Origin: Octopus sinensis
Taxonomy: Eukaryota
DNA: 11,222 nucleotides
Direction: 5' to 3'
Assembly (NCBI RefSeq): GCF_006345805.1
Contig: NW_021827040.1
Coordinates: forward strand, 1 to 11,222
A program made the translations under genes and the position numbers. Of the stretch, positions 1-8,053 are shown piece after piece (position 1 is the first letter of the stretch; every line of letters begins with the position of its first letter). The notes under the pieces are model-generated. The model had not been told where the DNA came from. It was given only the letters and a program-made list of their open reading frames with translations, and made no database searches.

Positions 1-46
1 GCGCGTAGATGTATGTAAGAATGTGTGCGTATATGTATATACGAAA

Positions 47-135
47 CGATTGGTCAAAACGTTGATGACGTCACGCTACGCTGATTGACCACCTAACAGG
101 CATTATAAAACCGAACACTTCCAACTCATTAGAAC
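47..135 (+). promoter_or_regulatory. Putative RNA Pol II core/proximal promoter (reverse CCAAT box, CRE, TATA box)
   Basis: ATTGG at 49-53, perfect CRE palindrome TGACGTCA at 66-73, CTGATTGA at 81-88, TATAAAA at 104-110 and Inr-like TCATT at 126-130, in canonical order upstream of a Kozak ATG at 155. Confidence 0.55.
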
Positions 136-154
136 CACCCAGCGAACATCCACC

Positions 155-177
155 ATGGGTCATCACATTTGCTTAAG
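155..177 (+). CDS. Candidate first coding micro-exon MGHHICL(S/R), phase-2 donor; gene unidentified
   Basis: ccaccATGg Kozak context (ATG 155-157) about 45 nt after the TATA box; reads ATG GGT CAT CAC ATT TGC TTA AG|GTAAAA with donor GT at 178-179. No convincing downstream exon in the window. Confidence 0.45.
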
Positions 178-318
178 GTAAAATGAATTCCTCGCTCTTT
201 CGGAAACATCAATCTTCTGTATTGACCGCTTTCCACCACTTTGATCTGTTTTTTGTATTGAATACGTATCGCCACCGTGGGCCACTGCATCGAACTTTGA
301 ACATATACTTCAAACTAA

Positions 319-360
319 ATATCAACTATACATGAACTATATATCAACTCTACATGAACT
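319..360 (+). repeat. 22-bp-period tandem duplication (atatcaactMtacatgaact x2)
   Basis: 319-338 and 341-360 match at 19/20 positions. Confidence 0.8.
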
Positions 361-545
361 CTGAGATGTCTGACTCCGTTGTGTATTATAAATGAATTTC
401 TTGTGTTTGACGGCATGAGCTGTCTTTTTTTATATATAACTTTTTTTGGATAAGTTCATTTCAGGAACTGAAACATGTTATAATGTATATATAAAAATTA
501 AAAAATTGTATAATACAGCAGCATTTCGAACTTCATTTTTTACAA

Positions 546-621
546 ATATATATATATATATATATATATATCTATATATATATATATATATAGGCGTGTG
601 TGTGCGTGTGTGTGTGTGTGT
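546..621. repeat. Compound (TA)n/(GT)n microsatellite
   Basis: Direct reading; degenerate TATG-rich sequence continues to ~850. Confidence 0.95.
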
Positions 622-1249
622 ATTTAAAAATGCCTAAGTAGTGTTGGTATGTATGTTCATATTTACGTATTTATATATCCATGTATGTGTGCATAAGGGT
701 GCATATATGTATGTATTGTGTATGTGTATTTATACATCTGTATGCATAAATGTATGCGTTTAAATGCTTATGTACATATTTATATATATATACACGTACA
801 TACATAGGTACGTACATGTATGTATGTGTGTGTATGTGAATACGTATGTTGACAAATACGCTCCTATACCGACCGACATACGCCCAGTCACATGACAGTT
901 ATCTCACCAAATTGATGTAATATGTAGTTTAGCCTCGCCAGCACACGTCTACCCAATATGGCGTTACTGTCTGGACGCTGTGTCTCCGCTTTGGTCAACA
1001 AAATCAGTCGATCGTCTGGCGCCTTCCAGTTTCCCCAGCAGAGGACTTGACGATAAAGAGAGACCTTAGCCCCTTAATAGGTTTATCAAGAGTCATTTGG
1101 AAATTTTCGACTGTGTACATGCCCTACATCCTGCATCACTTAAACTAACGGTTTGGTACATTGGGCAGGTTCCGTATTGTTGTAACGTTTCTGTAATATT
1201 CACTGGCAGACGACAAGGAATCGTAAACGCGAATGTAGAAGAGAATGGG

Positions 1250-1256
1250 AGAAAGC

Positions 1257-1296
<40 letters not shown>

Positions 1297-1358
1297 ATGG
1301 AAGGAAGAATGAAAGAAAGAAAAGATGAAAGAAAGAAAGAAAGGCAGGAAAGAAAGAA

Positions 1359-1411
<53 letters not shown>

Positions 1412-1442
1412 AATGAAAAAGAAAGAGAAGAGAAAAGGATGA

Positions 1443-1481
<39 letters not shown>

Positions 1482-1700
1482 GAAGAAAGAAAGACTGAAT
1501 GAAAGAAAGAAAGGATGAAAGAAAGAAAGGATGAAAGAAAGGAAGAAGGAAAGAAAGGAAGATTGAAAGAAAGGAAGAATGAAAGAAAGGAAGAATGAAA
1601 GAAATAAAGGCAGGAAGGAAGGCAGACAATGAGGAAGGAAGGAAGGAAGGAAGGAAGGAAGGAAGGAAGGAAGGAAGATTGAAAGAGAGAAAAAGAAAAG
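1250..1700 (+). repeat. Polypurine (GAAA)n/(GGAA)n compound microsatellite, ~450 bp
   Basis: Almost entirely purine on the + strand; source of the spurious F/S/L-rich ORFs at 1093-1717. Confidence 0.95.
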
Positions 1701-1702
1701 AT

Positions 1703-2006
1703 CTCGCATCGCATCACTGCACTAGGATAGAACTATTTCACTTCAACTGGTCCTGCTCTCTTGAAGATAATGCCAAGACACATAAGAGAAGAAGACGATC
1801 CCTTAATATTTAAACGGTTTCTGGGCGAATATCTCCCTCCAACAAATTCCAGATAAACCGCTAACACCCGGATATATTTCTTCAAACAATAACATTTTAT
1901 TCACATGGGCAATGGTACCCAACGTATGACTATAACACGTTAAGTGCCATTCTTCGGATGGTGCTGTTAAATTAGTCATAACCAGAACTAATTCTATCTA
2001 AATATC
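1703..2006 (+). mobile_element. Decayed 3' end of CR1-like LINE (ORF2 C-terminus plus 3' UTR)
   Basis: Translates, with a stop and a frameshift, as ..NYFTSTGPALLKIMPRHIREEDDPLIFKRFLGEYL/QQIPDKPLTPGYISSNNNILFTW, homologous to the copy at 2963-3340; 3' UTR motif ggatggtgctgttaa..cataacc. Confidence 0.8.
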
Positions 2007-2016
2007 TTTGTAGTCT

Positions 2017-2064
2017 CTGCTGCTGAAGAGGAGATAATCACTCCGAAATGCATGCATCCCATAG
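2017..2064 (+). ncRNA. Minimal type I hammerhead ribozyme, copy 1 (predicted cut after C2058)
   Basis: CUGAAGA (2023-2029), helix II GGAG/CUCC with 7-nt loop, GAAA (2045-2048), palindromic helix III AUGCAUGCAU (2048-2057), AUC triplet; helix I CUGCUG/CCAUAG keeps 4 of 6 pairs. Confidence 0.65.
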
Positions 2065-2364
2065 TCTGGTTAGGTGAGGCCGTGAGTTAACTCGGTGTAT
2101 TTATACCTATTTGTCTACAACGAGAATTTTTCTCCATGACAAACTTCACTGGATGACTTTCATTCGGATCTGAATGATACGTCAAGCGTATTTGAACTGG
2201 TAATATGTTTGTATTTCTACACATCACTGCTTAGCACCGTCAGCCCCCGCTTCTTATTTACAGCAAACAGTTGCATAAACACAACCAGTCACTGAATGAT
2301 GACGGGAATATCATAAGCTGGACCTGTGTCTCATGTCAGCTGGTAGTGTATGTCTTTCTGGTCT

Positions 2365-2412
2365 CTGTTGCTGAAGAGGAAATAACCACTCTGAAATGCA
2401 TGCATCTACAAG
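2365..2412 (+). ncRNA. Minimal type I hammerhead ribozyme, copy 2 (predicted cut after C2406)
   Basis: CUGAAGA (2371-2377), helix II GGAA/CUCU (3 of 4 pairs including G-U), GAAA (2393-2396), AUGCAUGCAU then C; helix I CUGUUG/UACAAG keeps 4 of 6 pairs. Confidence 0.55.
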
Positions 2413-2666
2413 TCTGGTTAGGGAATGCTGTGAACTGACTTGGACTATTTCCACTTATTTGTCTAAAGTAAGAAATGCTCTCCATTACAAAATACAATGA
2501 ATGGCTTCCTTACGGGTCCAAATAAGCCTCAAGCATATTTGAACTGGCAACAAGCTTGTATTTATACACATATCTGGGCATATTATATGAGCTGGAATTT
2601 ATCGTAGCTCTTAACATAATTTCTGAACTTCTGCATATATCTCCAATACTTTGGGCTGCGAGTTTC

Positions 2667-2692
2667 CTCCGGTCTCTCCGGTCTCTCCGGTC
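2667..2692 (+). repeat. 9-bp tandem repeat (ctccggtct) x~3
   Basis: Direct reading. Confidence 0.85.
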
Positions 2693-2707
2693 ACAGTTGG
2701 TAATTAA

Positions 2708-2856
2708 CATTTCTAATTATAGCACAAGGCCAGCAATTTTTGAGGGGAGGGGGCAGTCAATTACATCGACCCCAGTGTGTAACCAGTTCTTATTTTCTTG
2801 GTTTCAAAAGTGCGCAGAAGAAAAGTAGACTGTGACGGCATTTAAATTCAGAACAC
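2708..2856 (-). mobile_element. Diverged SINE, family B (3' part)
   Basis: Reverse complement gives ttctgaatttaaatgccgtc...cactggggtcgatgtaattgactgccccctcccc..aaaattgctggccttgtgc, homologous to 5551-5701 and 8131-8309. Confidence 0.75.
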
Positions 2857-2925
2857 ACGGGCATTACCTCTGGATATCCTTGTTGTGCTTATTTTGATTA
2901 TATATGTATAGAATGTAATATATGT

Positions 2926-2928
<3 letters not shown>

Positions 2929-2962
<34 letters not shown>
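2929..2962. repeat. (TA)n microsatellite at the LINE 3' tail
   Basis: Direct reading. Confidence 0.9.
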
Positions 2963-2964
<2 letters not shown>

Positions 2965-3340
2965 TTTGATAGGTTTCGGCCATTATTGGCCCAGGCCATG
3001 TCTACTTAATAGCACCACCTGGTGAAGTCTTTCAGTCAGAATTTGGCACTATGGCCCACTCAAGTAGAGAGTATTGTTTACAGAGACATATCCGGGTGTA
3101 GGGGGTTTTCCGGGATTTCTTGAAGGAATCTGTCCAAAGACTTCTTGAACCCTATAGGGTCAGTTTCTGTTTTTTTAATGTGTTTTGGTGTAATGTTAAG
3201 AGAGCGGGGCCAATTGAGGTGAAATAATTGTGCCGTATTGTTGTTATGAGATGAGAGTGCGATTTTTGTTTTGGGCGGATGGCACGGGGCCCAAGCCTTG
3301 GTGTACCTTAAAGGTGATGCCAACATCATTTGGGCAATGT
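2963..3340 (-). mobile_element. 5'-truncated CR1-like LINE 3' end (frameshifted ORF2 C-terminus plus 3' UTR)
   Basis: Across frameshifts reads HCPNDVGITFKVH/RLGPRAIRPKQKSHSHLITTIRHNYFTSIGPAL/NITPKHIKKTETDPIGFKKSLDRFLQEIPENP/TPGY, matching the F..GP.LFN..P...FK..LD..L..IPD.P..PGY pattern of CR1-group ORF2 ends; tail ggtggtgctattaa..catggcctgggccaataatggccgaaac. Confidence 0.85.
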
Positions 3341-3342
3341 AG

Positions 3343-3478
3343 GTATGTATGTATGTAATATATATATATATATGGTGTGTGGTGTGTATATATAGATATA
3401 TAGATATATGTATTATGTATATTTATATGTAATATATGTATATATTTGTGTATATAAATGTGTGTGTGTATATATATA

Positions 3479-3520
<42 letters not shown>

Positions 3521-3650
3521 ATGCATATATATATATTTATAATGTATATATATATGTATGCTTATATATATATATATAATATATATATAATATATATATA
3601 TGTATGTATGTATGTATGTATTGATTGTTTGTATGCATGTATACATATAT
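3343..3650. repeat. Compound (TA)n/(TG)n/(TATG)n microsatellite
   Basis: Direct reading. Confidence 0.9.
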
Positions 3651-3919
3651 ACGCATGAAGATACGTGTGTTGGTGTGCGGGCGATTGTATGTCTATTTCA
3701 ATGAGAAGACAAAAAAAAAACAAAAAAGAAAGGGAAAGGAAAGGAAGGAAGGAAGAAGTACAAAACAATAAAAAACAACCCCTGTACTAACATAAAAAAA
3801 CAAGTGACATGGAGAAGAAGGTTTATTTGCTAAAGATACCAACAGATTCCTTCATTCTTGAAATTCCGAACCACAAGAATCATCACCAAACATCCAACAC
3901 CCCCAGGTTTTCAATAAAC

Positions 3920-3960
3920 ACCACCGCCACCACCTTCACCACCACCACCACCACCATTAA

Positions 3961-3993
<33 letters not shown>
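3920..3993 (+). repeat. (CCA)n-(CTA)n trinucleotide repeat
   Basis: Direct reading. Confidence 0.9.
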
Positions 3994-4187
3994 GGTATCA
4001 CAATGCCCAACGCCGGCGCCACACCGCAACCCAGGCCCTCCGTCCACCATGCCCACACTCACCCGCCCCCCCCTTCACTCAACGTTTCCAAACACCACCT
4101 GGAGGTGTTGACTAATACCACCTGATGCTGGTCACTAATCACAAGGATATGAGATCGGAGTGAGATCTGTCTCACTTTCACACATTT

Positions 4188-4257
4188 TCTCTCTCTCTCT
4201 TTCTCTCTGTCGCTTTGTTTTTCTGTGAGTGCTCATATATATATGTATAAATATATA

Positions 4258-4333
<76 letters not shown>

Positions 4334-4546
4334 ATACGCGCAACAAAAACTCAAGTTTATAATTACACGCATAAGTTTATATACATATAAGCATATATGT
4401 GTATATACATACATACATGCACACACATATATATATACAAACATACACACACATAAATATATATACATACATACATGCACACACACATACGTGCACATAC
4501 ACAAAAGCATATAAATGCATATATATATATATAATATATATATATA
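4188..4546. repeat. Compound (CT)n, (TA)n, (TG)n, (CA/TACA)n microsatellite block
   Basis: Direct reading. Confidence 0.9.
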
Positions 4547-4570
4547 TCCTTCCCTGTCATATTGTATGCA

Positions 4571-4577
4571 TGTAGTA

Positions 4578-4620
<43 letters not shown>

Positions 4621-4692
4621 AAGAAGAAGAAGAAGAAGAAGAAGAAAAAAAAGAAGAAGAAGAATGATAAAAAAAAGAAGAAGCAGAAGAAG
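4571..4692 (+). repeat. (TAG)n-(AAG)n trinucleotide repeat
   Basis: Direct reading. Confidence 0.9.
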
Positions 4693-4773
4693 ACTACAAG
4701 CCTACCCTTACTGTCCAGTAGCAAAGGAAACAGTAAATTGCGTTCTTAATATTGAAGAGGTCCCTTTGTGCAG

Positions 4774-4840
4774 GTGTGTGTGTGTGTGTGTTGTGTGTGT
4801 GTGTGTGTGGTGTGTGTGTGTGTGTGCGTGCGTGCGTGCG
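4774..4840 (+). repeat. (GT)n/(GCGT)n microsatellite
   Basis: Direct reading. Confidence 0.9.
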
Positions 4841-4922
4841 CCTGTACTTGGAAATCGCAATAGCAGCAGCGGTAGTAGTTAAACACCTGTGAACAAACAC
4901 TCGCTCTGAAGCAAAGTAAACA

Positions 4923-4948
4923 ATGGCGTCTCTAATAACCAGCGAAAG
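4923..4948 (+). CDS. Candidate alternative first coding micro-exon MASLITSE(S/R), phase-2 donor
   Basis: aaacaATGGCG start context; ATG GCG TCT CTA ATA ACC AGC GAA AG|GTGAGA, a good donor with GT at 4949-4950; same phase and terminal AG as the 155-177 exon. Confidence 0.4.
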
Positions 4949-5020
4949 GTGAGAGAGACATGGCCGGATTTGTACAGCCACCAATTACACGCGTTATGCT
5001 GTTTGGTTTCCTTCTTGCCA

Positions 5021-5062
5021 GTCCCGAGTTCAAATCACGTCGAGGTTCCAGTTTGCCTTTCA
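5021..5062 (+). mobile_element. Old SINE family B fragment (B-box region)
   Basis: gtcccgagttcaaatcacgtcgaggttccagtttgcctttca aligns with gttctgagttcaaattccgccgaggtcgactttgcctttca in the younger copies. Confidence 0.6.
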
Positions 5063-5109
5063 CAACTCGTCGACTTGCGAGTCAACAAGATGTCTACCGT
5101 TTTTACATA

Positions 5110-5476
5110 GGCGCTGGCGTGGCTGTTTGGTAAGAAGCTTGCTTCTTAACCACATGGTCCCAGGTTCAGTCCCTCTGCGTGGCCGACTAAAGCCTTGTGA
5201 GAGGATTTGGTATACGGAAACTGGAAGATGACCATCGTATATGTGTGTGTGTGCGCGAGCGCGAGTGTGTGAGCATTTGTCTCCCATCATCATTTGACAA
5301 CCGGTGTGGGTGTGATTACATCCCCGTAACTCTGCGGTTCGACAAAAGACACGATAGAATAAGTATCAGGTTTTAAGTGAAAAATGAGTACGAGTGTCTA
5401 TTCATTCGATTAAAACTTCTTCAAGATAGTGCCCCAGATTGGCCACAGTCTAGTGACCGAAACAATTAAAAAATGA
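5110..5476 (+). mobile_element. tRNA-derived SINE, family A, near full length
   Basis: A box tggctgtttgg (5120-5130), B box ggttcagtccc (5163-5173), internal (TG)n, tail ..gtgccccagattggccacagtctagtgaccgaaac; homologous to 6250-6605. Confidence 0.85.
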
Positions 5477-5496
5477 TATTACTGTGTGCTGAGACC

Positions 5497-6068
5497 TAAT
5501 TCAATGGACTATCAAATTTAATAGACTATACTGTTCTTGTATTAATGTAGTAACGTTCTGAGTTCAAATTCCGCCGAGGTCGACTTTGCTTTTCATCCTT
5601 CCGGGGTCGATAAATTAAGTACCAGTTGCGTACTGGAGTCGATCAAATCGACTGGCCGCCTCCCCCAAAATTTTGGGCCTTGTGCCTAGAGTAGAAAATA
5701 ATATTAATGTAGAATATTTCTCTTGTATTTAATTTAATGCTGCACTTTCATTCAATTTGAATAAATCGTTCAGTTAAATTTAATGGACGATATTGATCCT
5801 CCATTAAATTTAATAAACTAGAGTTTTCCTCTGTTAAATTTAATGCGCATTTCAGTTCCTTCATTATGTTTAATGGAGAATATTTCTCTACTATTAAATT
5901 TAATTGACTATACTGTTCCCCTACTAAATTTAATGGAATCTATTGGGCCTGTTAAATTTTATGGACTATTTTATCAAATTTTATAGACTATCTTTCTCGT
6001 CTATTAATTTAATAGGTTATCCTGCTATTTTACTAAATTTAATGGCCAATACTACTACAATTTAATTA
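5497..6068 (+). repeat. Degenerate 30-bp minisatellite with palindromic ttaaatttaa core, interrupted by a SINE
   Basis: Core (or close variant) recurs at 5774, 5804, 5834, 5864, 5894, 5924, an exact 30-bp phase, with looser units on both sides; consensus approx. aaatttaatggactatactgttcctctatt. Confidence 0.85.
5551..5701 (+). mobile_element. 5'-truncated SINE family B with 11-bp target-site duplication
   Basis: acgttctgagttcaaattccgccgaggtcgactttgc...ggccttgtgcctagagtagaaa flanked by tattaatgtag at 5540-5550 and 5702-5712. Confidence 0.9.
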
Positions 6069-6106
6069 ATTAGTTGCCAACGAAAATCGCCCTTACCTAA
6101 TCGCAT

Positions 6107-6200
6107 TGACTTACTAGAAAAAAACAACCATATCGCTTTCAAATCACTTTCTACTGTTTTGATCAAGAAGGTATTCATGGAATAATGTAACCCTAGATCC
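6107..6200 (+). repeat. Old interspersed repeat family D, copy 1 (5' half)
   Basis: ctagaaa..caaccatatcgctttcaaatcac resembles 6711-6896 and 6944-7126. Confidence 0.45.
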
Positions 6201-6249
6201 AATTGTCCTGGTGCCAAATTCTTCTTTGACTTGCGATAGACTAGTAAAT

Positions 6250-6605
6250 GTAAGAAGTTTGCTTCCTGGGTCCTGTCCCCTTGCGTGTCACCTTCTACTG
6301 TAGCCTAGGTCCAACCTTTGCCTTGTGAGTGGATTTGGTAGATGGAAATTGAAAGAAGCCCGTCGTGTATATTATATGTATATGTGTGTGTTTTTTTTGT
6401 GTGTGTGTATCTATGTGTGTGTCTTTGTATCTGTGTCTGTGCCCCACCCATCACCGCTTAACAACTGGTGTTGGTGTGTTTACGTCCCCGAACTTAACGG
6501 TTCGGCAAAAGAGACCTGGGATCGATTTGTTCGACTAAAACCCTTCAAGGCAGTGCTCCAGTATAGCTGTAGTCAAATGACTGAAACAAAACAATAAAAG
6601 AAAAA
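6250..6605 (+). mobile_element. tRNA-derived SINE, family A, with internal deletions
   Basis: gccttgtgagtggatttggtagatggaaattgaaagaagcccgtcgt...tacgtcccc..cggttcggcaaaagagacc...gtgctccag..gtcaaatgactgaaac aligns with 5110-5476. Confidence 0.85.
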
Positions 6606-6680
6606 GTACCAGCTGTATACTGGGGGACAATTCAACTGACTACATCTACCTCCAGTAAATACGCAGCTTTAGACCAATGT
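6604..6680 (+). mobile_element. Highly decayed SINE family B 3' fragment
   Basis: aagtaccagctgtatactggggga..actgact resembles aagtaccagttgcgtactggagtcgat..atcgact starting at 5617. Confidence 0.45.
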
Positions 6681-6710
6681 AACACTGGAAATAACTACGG
6701 GATCTGATGC

Positions 6711-6896
6711 TCAGCTTGCTAGATACAATAGTCAAACCTCCTTCAAATCTCACCAAGTTTTTCGAAAAAAAGAACGCGTCGAATTCTATAGATTTTGAAA
6801 TCAAAGATAAAAAAAAAACTGTATGGTCACGGTAGGAGCATATTTGATCATTACTAAGAGGAATCAGGCTATTGAAAACGACCTGAGACAAAACAA
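6711..6896 (+). repeat. Old interspersed repeat family D, copy 2
   Basis: Ordered motifs ctccttcaaatctcacc / atggtcacgg / tttgatcat / atcagg / aaacaat shared with 6944-7126. Confidence 0.5.
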
Positions 6897-6943
6897 TTAG
6901 AAGTGTTTAGTCATCGAAGGATCCTCTGTGAGACGATTTCCTT

Positions 6944-7126
6944 TCTGGGAAAGAAGCCAATGCTCTCTGAAATCACACCCCGGGTACCTCAAAACGAAAG
7001 AACATAGTAGTCAGTGTAAGACTTAATATATGAAAACGACGTGACGGTCAGATCTGGGACGCCTTTGATGATAGGCCTTACATAATATCAGGGCTGTTCG
7101 TGAGTTGGGTATGAGTTAAACAATAA
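6944..7126 (+). repeat. Old interspersed repeat family D, copy 3
   Basis: Ordered motifs ctctctgaaatcacacc / gacggtca / tttgatgat / atcaggg / aaacaat. Confidence 0.5.
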
Positions 7127-7507
7127 AAAGAACCTTGTAGATGATCTTTTCGGTTTCAAACCTTAGATCCTGGCTTTTCCAAAAATTTCTACAGTTACAA
7201 TTTTTTTATGACTATTATGAAAAGGATAATCATTGGGGGGGGGGGTTGAATACAAAATGAATATAAAAATTGAAACGTTTTGGAATTTCTGCCAATTAGA
7301 TGCAGCTATTTCCGTCGACCTGTGTATTGATAGACAGACAGACAGACAAATAGATAAGTTTCTATATTAGCCACACAAGGTCGATCACGGAGGGGGCAAA
7401 ATACAATGTAGAGCTTTTCTTTTCGAAAGAAAAGAAAAATAGGGAGGAGAAAATAAATTTCCGATCAAAGGGGATCGTGTAAAAAAATTAAAAAAGATAG
7501 ATAGAAG

Positions 7508-7745
7508 GATACATACATACATACATACATACATACATACATACATACATACATACATTGACAGACAGGGGGTCGAACTGACGGATGGACAGACACACAG
7601 GTAGGCAGGCAGACAGACAAACAAACAGACAGACAAACAGACAGACAAACAGACAGACAAACAGACAAACGGTCAGATATAGATAGATAGACAGACAGAC
7701 AGACAGACCGACAGGCAGACTGACAGGCAGAGAGGCAGACAGATA
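7508..7745 (+). repeat. (TACA)n followed by (CAGA/CAAA/GATA)n tetranucleotide repeats
   Basis: Direct reading. Confidence 0.9.
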
Positions 7746-8040
7746 GAATTTTTAATAACAATACTGTGACTGCTATTAATGACAGCAGCAGCAGTCGGGT
7801 TGGCAGTAACAAGTGTAACACCCCCCCCCCCCCCTGAGCCATTGTCGTTAAGGTGTGGCTGAGTGGACCGGAGACCCTGGTGGGGTGTGTGTATTTAAGA
7901 CATGTGGTTATATAGGTTACTGTGTTTTCTCACGGCAACACATTACAATCAAAGGGCTTTGTTCAATAATTGACTCCAGTCTTTGTGACCCTACCTCACC
8001 CCACCCCCCGCTGCTGCCTGGCCCCGCGTATCTATCGATT

Positions 8041-8053
8041 GGTCATCTTGACC
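8041..8053. promoter_or_regulatory. Perfect estrogen-response-element-type IR3 palindrome GGTCAtctTGACC
   Basis: Exact match to GGTCAnnnTGACC, overlapping ATTGG at 8038-8042, in non-repetitive sequence. Function not demonstrated. Confidence 0.35.

Larger units (their letters stand above)
2005..2597 (+). mobile_element. ~348-bp tandem repeat (one full plus one partial unit), each with a hammerhead ribozyme core; retrozyme/Penelope pLTR-like
   Basis: Colinear matches at offset 347-348: ctgaagagga 2023/2371, gaaatgcatgcatc 2045/2393, agtctggttagg, tatttgtcta 2108/2456, tcaagcRtatttgaactgg 2182/2529; homology resumes after a deletion (gggaatatcataagctgga ~2304 vs gggcatattatatgagctgga ~2576). 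Confidence 0.75.

Noticed and set aside
42-73. Hammerhead-like gaaac..gtc..ttgatga
   Set aside because: Helices I and II cannot form; better explained as CCAAT and CRE promoter motifs.
1039-1069. Possible exon 2 after ttccagtttccccag
   Set aside because: Joining in phase to exon 155-177 hits TAG at 1067-1069 after about 10 codons; no other support.
1093-1717. Long F/S/L-rich ORFs on the minus strand
   Set aside because: Translations of the (GAAA)n tract, open in all three frames because of low complexity.
3809-4111. 100-aa Thr/Pro-rich mucin-like ORF
   Set aside because: Driven by (CCA)n(CTA)n repeats; no domain or splice support.
4562-4882. Ser/Arg-rich protamine-like ORF
   Set aside because: Translation of (TAG)n(AAG)n(GT)n microsatellites with a non-ATG start.
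5774-5953. CRISPR-like repeat-spacer pattern or 10-aa coding repeat
   Set aside because: Spacers are homologous to one another, the core is only 10-12 bp, the context is eukaryotic with no cas genes, and the frames checked contain stops.
7820-7834. Poly-C/poly-G run as a G-quadruplex (also the G run at ~7235-7245)
   Set aside because: Simple homopolymers with no evidence of function.
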